A DNA stretch of 64,000 bases. Origin: the human T2T-CHM13v2.0 reference genome, Homo sapiens. A program made the position numbers and the translations under genes. Position 1 is the first letter of the stretch. The number at the start of each line of letters is the position of its first letter. The notes under the pieces were generated by a model, which did not search any database, was not told where the DNA came from, and worked only from the letters and a program-made list of their open reading frames with translations. This document shows, piece by piece, positions 55,970 to 64,000 of this stretch. The stretch is taken from NCBI RefSeq assembly GCF_009914755.1, contig NC_060944.1; one strand, written 5' to 3'.

Positions 55970-58770
55970 GATAAATACAGAGACATCGCCGGGCAGCCAC
56001 GCTCCGACAACCCGCACTGGGCCCCCGTCCCGAGCTCAGGCCACGTCCCCACCTCCTCGAAGCCTCCAAGCTGCTGTTAATGTCAGTTCTTTTCACCAGG
56101 CAAACGGAAGGGGCATTCTTGCTGCTGTTAGGAAACGGTTACCACTTCTCCGTGTCTGTTTAAAATAGGATCTTTGCATAAATTGGGATAAATCACCTGG
56201 AGGAATTACACGTAAACAAGGCTGTAAATCACCATTGCATGCATGGCCTGCAGAGTTGTAAAGTGCAGATTTTCGTTATAAAAACACTTCTAGTATGAAT
56301 GAAAAAAAAAAAACCACCAACATTTCATAAACATGACTCCCTGCAGCCGATCTGGTCCCGACATGGGGGTGGATCCCAGAAGCGGGAGACAGCCTTCCAC
56401 GGAAACTTGCAAAACTGCACCAAAATCTATCAATTTTGAAAATGCTCTTGAATTCTTGGCGGAAGAAAGATGCTGATAAACACATTAAGTGGGGAAATGC
56501 TCCCTTGAGAAAGGCTGGGTTGGCTCTATGAAGACACCTTTGGAGTGAGCTGTGCCTGGGAGAAACCCATCTGTGCTTTTCCCTTCATTCACCGGAGATG
56601 AGGCTGAGTGTTCAAGTAAACAGGAAGCTTACCTGTGGTGGTCAAATTACAAACACTCAACATGGCACCCATGAATAATTAGAAAATACAAGCGCCGAAG
56701 TGACGGGGGCGGGAGCTAGGAGGGCGAGGGGAAACAGAACAATCTTGGAAAAATCTCGGTTGTTGCAAAAAAAGAATAAAATGTATGCTTAAAAATTATT
56801 TTTACAGAGAAATTACAGCCATAAAAAATATCTTTGCATTGGAAAGGCACTCATATTATAGAAAAATGTTAACATATAAACGGAAATTGTAAAGGTTAGA
56901 TTATTTACCAAAGAGTCTCTACAATCTCTCCAAGCATGTTGTGATTCAGCATGCAAATTATACACATCACAACACAAACTGAAGCTCATTTTTTTCCTTA
57001 ACGGAAAATTAAGCTCTGAATAGAATACAAGATTCCAGTTGAATAATTCTACTTGCTGCTAGATCAACAGATTTTAACAAAACAATCTCAATTTGCGGGC
57101 AATAAAAAAAAATTAAAAATTGCTGGTTACCAAAGCAAAACAATATCTCCATTTACTTTAGGCAAGAATTAAACACACGACGGATTGACTGATTTTTTTT
57201 TTAATATGTAGCTTCTGATTTATTAACTCACTTTTTGCCGACGCTGCCTAAATGCTACCCTGGGGTATAATTTGCAATTCTCACATAGGTACCTTATTAT
57301 TATTTTGGCATGGTGTATATACGCCTATCTTTCTTTTAAAAGAATCAGTTAAATGGAATTTGGAGGTGGAAGTCACATCCTCTATACTAGAAAATTCAAT
57401 ACATAGCTTCAAGAATTTCATTTAAAAATAAAGACAAGACAAACAAGAAAAAGACCAAAGGGCAGAATAGAAATAGCTTACAAGCCCTTAGCAGAGCTAG
57501 CTCTTGAACCCCAAATGGGCTGTTTCCTCCTTCCTTCCCTTATCCTACCTTTGAGAACATAAAAATAGAAACACGAAAAATGACATGTGCATACATGTAA
57601 GTAAAATTTGTTCAAATGGTTAGAAAATCTTAAATTACTGATTTAAAAAACCTGGTTAAATTCTAGAGCATCTTTCTCTTAGTCTAAATTTGAAACGCAT
57701 GAAATCTAAGCGGTGTGTACTTAAGTCAATTTGAAGAGTATATAATTTGACCCCCAAAGTCACAGGTGCGTAGAACTTGTGGGCAGGTTATGATCAGAAC
57801 TAGGTTTTCCTTTTTTTGGTTAAGATTCTAAAGCATTAGATATAAAGTCAATATCCATGCATCTCAGTTATCAATTTCCCTCCCAAGTTTAAACATATAG
57901 CATATCCATATAAAAATGGAAAAACCTCAGTTATCCATTTCCCTCTCAAGTTCTTAAACATATGACAGCATATCCATATAAAAATGAAAAATCTTTCAGC
58001 TTTATGCCTCTATCAAAGGCCAACACATATCTTCATGGAAACAGTTCCTGTCAGGCAGGGAGGAGTGAGTGCCTGAGGAAAAGTTCCAAGTAGTTTATAA
58101 CAAAGGCACAATATTAGAAAGACTGCCATCAATCATTCTTTAGATTTCTTTATCACATTTTTCAAAAATAAACAAATCGAACCATATTTGTAGCAACTCA
58201 AAGTGCAGCATAGATTTAAATGATGTATTTGTTCAGCTCACTGATAGGGGGCAAATACTACATTAATATATTTTCTTCCTGTCAAGAGTTATTTACATAT
58301 GTACAGTATTTCAGTTAAAAATATAACACCATAAACTATATTTTATAGGAAATCATAAGGGAAGGAAATATGCAGGTCTATTAAAGACTTAAGAGCTTCT
58401 AATAAACTACTTTACTTGGAGAGGGTTGGGGGGACTTCAGATCATACAGTCTGCCATGGAGAAAAGAACTTGCTGGCAGACAGCCTGATGGTTCAGAGGC
58501 TCCAGTGCCCAGTTAGCCACCTGGTCTGCAATCTTTCCACAGACTTACTGATCAGGCTTGATCAGGATGGCCCAGCCATCCAGAAAAAGCCCCCATCAGG
58601 TTCAGTCCCTTCGGGGTACAGATGGAAAAGGCGTCAATCACTGAGTGCATAGTATGAAAGGTTCCAAAATCTCCCCCAGCTGGTATAATACAATCAGTTC
58701 CCCTTCAAGTTATGGTAAGCCATATGTGCCAAGCATGAAATAATCAGATTGCAACTCATCACGGACGTAG

Positions 58771-58928
58771 TTAATTCTGTTTTTCTAGTACAGCAGTGTC
58801 TATGATATTCCGCCGCTTTGGTTCTAGGGCTGCAAAAAAGGAAACATCTTGGTCCCGGTCTGACTGCAATGCTAAGATGGTCTCTTCAATGACTTCAAGA
58901 TGAGGGTTACCAGCATTTCTAAAATACG
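58771..58928 (-). pseudogene. PPP4R1L: PPP4R1L last exon, coding-like part (AYFRNAGNPHLEVIEETILALQSDRDQDVSFFAALEPKRRNIIDTAVLEKQN*)
   Basis: Acceptor ttctctctttag|CG; TAA at 58773-58771; resembles the PPP4R1 C-terminus. Confidence 0.88.
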
Positions 58929-59688
58929 CTAAAGAGAGAAACCATGAGTCTGAATCAGGTAAGCCATGAACAGTGTTCAAAACACACTCGGTTTTGTTTT
59001 TTGTTAGCCACATGTCAGGACAATAAATCAAAGAGTATTTCTAAAATGTTAAAGATGGACTCCCAACAGTTATGCATATTTTTAAAATTATAGTAACTAT
59101 CTTTTTTCCCTGCAATACAAAAGAAATGGCAATGTGCAGAGCAGGAGCAGGTTGTAGGTAGGGTGGGGCAGGGGGTGAGGTGGCAAGAAATGTACATGTA
59201 GGGCAGAGTTCAAGATATTTTCCTATATGTGTGGTGTAGAAATAAACTATCCAAGAAACACAAAGCTTTTATTGAGTCCTGTCCAGGTGTAAATAATCCA
59301 CTAGTTGGGTTACAAATCTTTTCTAACTGACCACAAAATAATACCATTAAAACATAATAGCAGTTAAGGCTTACGTTTGCTACCTTTCATAATCTTTCAT
59401 GTCATAACTCAAAATTTATCAATTTCCCTCATTTCTGGAAAGCTATGTAATAATTTACATTTTAGCATATGTTTATTAAGTATGAAGACCAAATTACATT
59501 CATTTCCTTGGTCGTTTTATAAATAACATAAAATGATGCATCAAAGTTAACATAATCATTTACATAATAAACCTTACGCGTGCTGTCACACAACCTGCCT
59601 CAGTTTCCTAGAGGAAATCTAGTTGTGGCCTTTAACAACTGGTGGAGTCTACCCGAAATGTGTAAGTTCTGAAAAGTGCTCCACCTAC

Positions 59689-59830
59689 CCTTTTCCAACA
59701 GCATCTGCCTTAGGGCCTTGGCTAGCAGAACCCTCACGTTGGGCACAGGATCTGATGCGAGGCTCAGGAGGCTGGGAAGCAGGTGCTCCATGAACTGGTC
59801 CACGGGGACACACTCCTTGCTCACCACTGC
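59689..59830 (-). pseudogene. PPP4R1L: PPP4R1L penultimate exon (AVVSKECVPVDQFMEHLLPSLLSLASDPVPNVRVLLAKALRQMLLEK)
   Basis: Acceptor cttggagcag|GCA, donor AAG G|GTAGGT; 142 nt, phase 0 to 1; HEAT repeat. Confidence 0.9.
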
Positions 59831-61074
59831 CTGCTCCAAGAAAGTCACAGCCAAAGAAATGATGTTTTCCGCAGTCTTCTAGAAACATACACTTCTTTAA
59901 TCCCAAAGAAGTCATTTCAGAATCTGTAGGTTTGAGGCGTGTGTATGAATTTTTAAATCTCAAGCACTGATTTGGTTAGAAACACAGTTAATATTTTATT
60001 ATAATTCACTACCAAGCAGTGGGTTCCAAGTAGGTTAAGATCTGGTGAGCTTAGGAGTCAGAAGTCTAGATTCAAAACCTAACTTGGTCTTAGTAGCTAT
60101 GTGACTTCTGGTTAAGCGGCTTAGCCTTTCTGAGCCTCAGTTTCCTCATCTGTATGATGACAGGTCTGTTATGCAAAACATCTAGGACAATACCACCACA
60201 CTGCATACAGCTGACCGGTAAGGAAGGGTCAAGAACCTCATTTCTGTCATTCACAGCGGCCGTGGCTGTCAAGTGACAGTCAAATCCCAAACCATAACCC
60301 AATGCCCAGACCTCTATAAACAATCCGTAAATGCCAGTCCTGTAGTCATACCCAGCATGTGCATATAACTTCTCCAGTTACACGACTTTACATGTATTCT
60401 CTCACTTAATTCTCAGGACTAGCCCTGGAATTCAAAATCAGCCTAGTTTTACAGGTTAAAAAAAAACTCATTTCCAATGTGGTGGTGACACCCAAAGGTC
60501 TCATAACCACCAGTGGCAGCGGGGGGGTCTGCGAGCCCAAGTGTAGGTTCTAACTCCTGTGGCAGCAGGGTGGGGACTGTGAGCCGAAGTGTGGGTTCTA
60601 ACTCCTGTGGCTCTTCTATGCCCGGGTAATTGGTGTCGTGGTGGATGGGTGCTGTGGCGGTGGCTGCTGGTGTTCCCTAGGTGCCAGGCGCCATGCTGGG
60701 TAGCTCAGCTTTATCAGCCCACGGAAGCCCATGACAACACTAGAAGGCAGGCACATATTCCTAGGCTCCTTTAAGCAGTGTACACGGCACCCAATGTGTA
60801 GCCTTTTACCCCTCACCCCCTCCCACCCTTCCCCCGCAGTCCCAAGAGTCCTTTTGTTTATTTCAGACTTTCTAAATCTCAGATAAAGAATTTAAAAATA
60901 AAAGCAAAAACTATTTCCTTTAAGCTTTCTCCACAAATTGATTTGGAACATTGACTCTTCCTTCACAAAAGTCTGTGCCGTCTGTGAGTTTGTGAGTCTG
61001 TGAGTTTGTTGTTCACTCTGCCATCCACTGCCCTTCTCAGAGTGGGCTGCCAAAGCACTCCTGTAATGTCCCAC

Positions 61075-61094
61075 TGGTCCAAGAGGGGGCGCTG
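61075..61094 (+). promoter_or_regulatory. CTCF core motif (TGGTCCAAGAGGGGGCGCTG)
   Basis: Strong match to the CCANNAGGGGGCGC consensus in a PPP4R1L intron; binding not shown. Confidence 0.65.
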
Positions 61095-61387
61095 GTGAGT
61101 CCTCTGGTGCCCGTGGTCATCAGGGAGAGAAAGGGGGCTTTGCGGTCTGGGGTCAGGTACGGTCCCAACCACGGCTTCACTGTACTATCAACAAAGCTGG
61201 GTGGTGGGTTCACAGAGGTTCATTACAGCAATCCCTCTACCTTTGTATATGCTTGAAAACGTGTGTAATGAAAGTTAAAATGTTTAAAACAATACTTTAG
61301 CAGAAAAAAAAAAATCATCGGCTTACACTTCCTGTGTGATCTTGAACAAGTGACCTAACCTCTCTGGGCTTCAAATGTTTCACCTAA

Positions 61388-61630
<243 letters not shown>

Positions 61631-62240
61631 TGATGTGATACCTGGCACACAAGAGGTATTCAAGAAATGGCAGCCATTATCACTGCCATTGCTCCTAGGC
61701 AAACATAAATCACACCCTCATTTCCAAGAGGCTGAGTAGAGAGGGCGATCTGAGGAGCTGGACAGGATGATACGAACTCTACACATTTACTCTAAAGAGG
61801 TTAAAGTCTCTGCCCTAACCCACTGCCCAATTCTTCATCCTGCCTTCCTTCCAAAGCCACTGGCTAAGGTGAGGTGTAGTGGTGGACACAGACCTGTATA
61901 GGAAAGGAGTGGACTGTGGGCCTGGCCCTTATCTTACTGGATGGAAATGTGGGAGAGCAGAGGCTTGTTCACTTTGTCTTTAGCATCTAGAATCTGTCTG
62001 GACCATCGTAGGTACTCAATCAATAGCTATGTGGCAAATGAGTATGCCAGTGGGGTAACCCTGGGCAAGTCCCTTCACCACACTGGGTTGGTCCCAATGT
62101 CCTGTGAGATAACAGGGCTAGGTGAACTAATTCCTCAGTTCCTGGCTAGTGCTCCAGGCTGAGATTCTCTGTCTGGTGAACTTGATTTCATCACGTGGCA
62201 GATGTTACCCAGGGTAGATCCCTCCCGGGGTCTTGCTAAC

Positions 62241-62375
62241 CTGACAAATGAAAGCGAAAGCTTGCCTTCCAACCCACTTAGAACAGTGCCGGAACCTTAT
62301 GATGAGCTCATTGATGAAATTTAACCCCAATGCACTTTCACTGTTGGAATAGAACTTCTGCAGAATTGCCACGAC
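62241..62375 (-). pseudogene. PPP4R1L: PPP4R1L exon (VVAILQKFYSNSESALGLNFINELIIRFRHCSKWVGRQAFAFICQ)
   Basis: Acceptor tttttcacag|GTC, donor CAG|GTTAGC; 135 nt, phase 0-0. Confidence 0.9.
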
Positions 62376-63154
62376 CTGTGAAAAACATCAGAAGAGCACA
62401 TTTAAAATGCTGCCATCTATTTGAATTATGAATACTACTCTACACGGAAACTAGACATTTTTATGCATCCTTCCACCTTTAAAATGAATTTATAGGCGCA
62501 GGAGAAAGTAATTTTTGTCACGGTCATCATTAGAACACAGAGAAAAAAGATGTTTAAATATAGGCAATACACACACACACATAAAACCCTTCATAAAAAT
62601 GAAACTTCAAAGGAGACTGACATTAGAAAAATACATTCTTAATCTTAAGGTTCCAAATTTTAGAGCATGTCCCCTTGCTTAATAACTAAATCATTACCTT
62701 TCAGAACATGTCATTTTTATAAAATTTTAATACCATCAGAGTATCTTAAAATCAATATTGTCAAATGTGATTTTTTTTCATCAGTATTCAGCTGGTGTAA
62801 AGCCCACATAAAAAAATAGGATCAGCTTTTCTACAGCAGAGTCTTTGCTCACTAAATATTTTTCTACAAAACCAAGCTGTAAATCAACCTGTATTTTAAA
62901 AACACTAACCTATGGCTTAAAGAGTTTCATATATAAAAGGATTACTCCACAATTGCCGTCACTGAAACATATAACAAAAAAAGCTATCCTACAAATTGAT
63001 AAAACTATAATATAGTTCCTAATTTCAAATTTTAAAAGCTAGTTTCATAGGTTAGCTGACAAAGTAAGCCCAGAAAAATTAAAAGAGTTAAAATGGAAGA
63101 TACATCAACATTCCTATTTGTAAAAATCACAGAGCAAATGCCCTGATTCCTTAC

Positions 63155-63275
63155 TAGTTTGAAGGAGATCCACCGAACTTCAGAAACTTGATCTGCACAC
63201 AACTTTAAGGCAATGTGCATTAGGTAATCATAAACATCATTGGGACTATAGAGTTCCAGAATCAGTATCAGCTGT
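63155..63275 (-). pseudogene. PPP4R1L: PPP4R1L exon (QLILILELYSPNDVYDYLMHIALKLCADQVSEVRWISFKL)
   Basis: Acceptor ttttaatttcag|A, donor CTA|GTAAGG; 121 nt. Confidence 0.9.
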
Positions 63276-64000
63276 CTGAAATTAAAAGGAAAACAACAAC
63301 AACAAAAACAACAACAAAAAAAACATTATTTTTGGGCAAAAAAAAAAAATTATTGATTTCTTTTTACTGTTATTTCATCTTACAGATAAAAATAGCCAGG
63401 CTGGGAAATGAACAGCAAAAGACCCAGCAAGATTTCGGTCTTCAGTAAAATGCCAACAGCAGAAAGCTGAGCAAAATGACCATGCAAAAAAAATGTGAAC
63501 AAAATTTTAATTCTTCATCTCACACACATACAAATCAAACAAAAAGGAAATAAACTCTGTAAAATAGAGGCTGAGAAATTTATGAATACAGATTTAATAT
63601 TTCAATTTTAGGTTATCAGTTGAAAAGCACATAAAACTTTAAAAATCAGATAACATAAAAATAGCCAGAATGTTGAAGTTCACAAAGGTCAACAGATCAA
63701 GCGAACACTCTGAGATTGCACGACCGCCCCGGCGTTTCTCCGACTGCAAACCGAACCGGATGCTCCTGCTCGCGGCTCTTGGCAGCACGAGGTGGTTTCA
63801 CTGCAGCGAGGTCCGCTTGGAGAGAACTGGGAGCGCGTGCTCCTTACTCCGAAAGACAAAAGCATGCAGGAGACGGCTGGCTGCGAAAACCCACTACCAA
63901 AGCTTTCACTACTTTCTAAATGGGGATGGGGAGAAGGGCATGAAAATAAATGACATTGCTTTCACCCAGGCAACGAAAGGAAATGAAAAAGAGATGGGGA

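Overview
Human (primate) genomic DNA; the gene content places it at 20q13.3. The right third holds two minus-strand genes in tandem. ANKRD60 is complete: 4 exons, 55656->45520, which I reconstruct as 345 aa (low-complexity N-terminus, ubiquitin-like domain, ankyrin repeats). Upstream of it lie the last four HEAT-repeat exons and the long AT-rich 3' region of PPP4R1L, a PPP4R1 paralog I recall as annotated a pseudogene. The left ~45 kb has no recognisable coding exons. It is dense in Alu, MIR, L2, L1M, MaLR/ERV LTRs and DNA-transposon relics, with two orphan CpG-rich patches, a 1.8-kb compound (CA/GA) microsatellite and two GC-rich VNTRs. Main observations: (1) the four PPP4R1L exons splice into an intact frame; (2) a candidate PPP4R1L poly(A) signal sits inside the ANKRD60 CpG island, and exon phases allow an in-frame PPP4R1L-ANKRD60 read-through; (3) an exon-like unit at 56715-56633 is in frame with ANKRD60 exon 2; (4) ANKRD60 exons 2+3 (297 nt, inverted Alus on either side) would form a stop-free circle; (5) a ~2.1-kb degenerate G-rich ~36-bp array with ~138-bp higher-order structure lies in ANKRD60 intron 1; (6) divergent CTCF motifs bracket ANKRD60. 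Repeat family names and boundaries were assigned by eye and are approximate; no searches were run.
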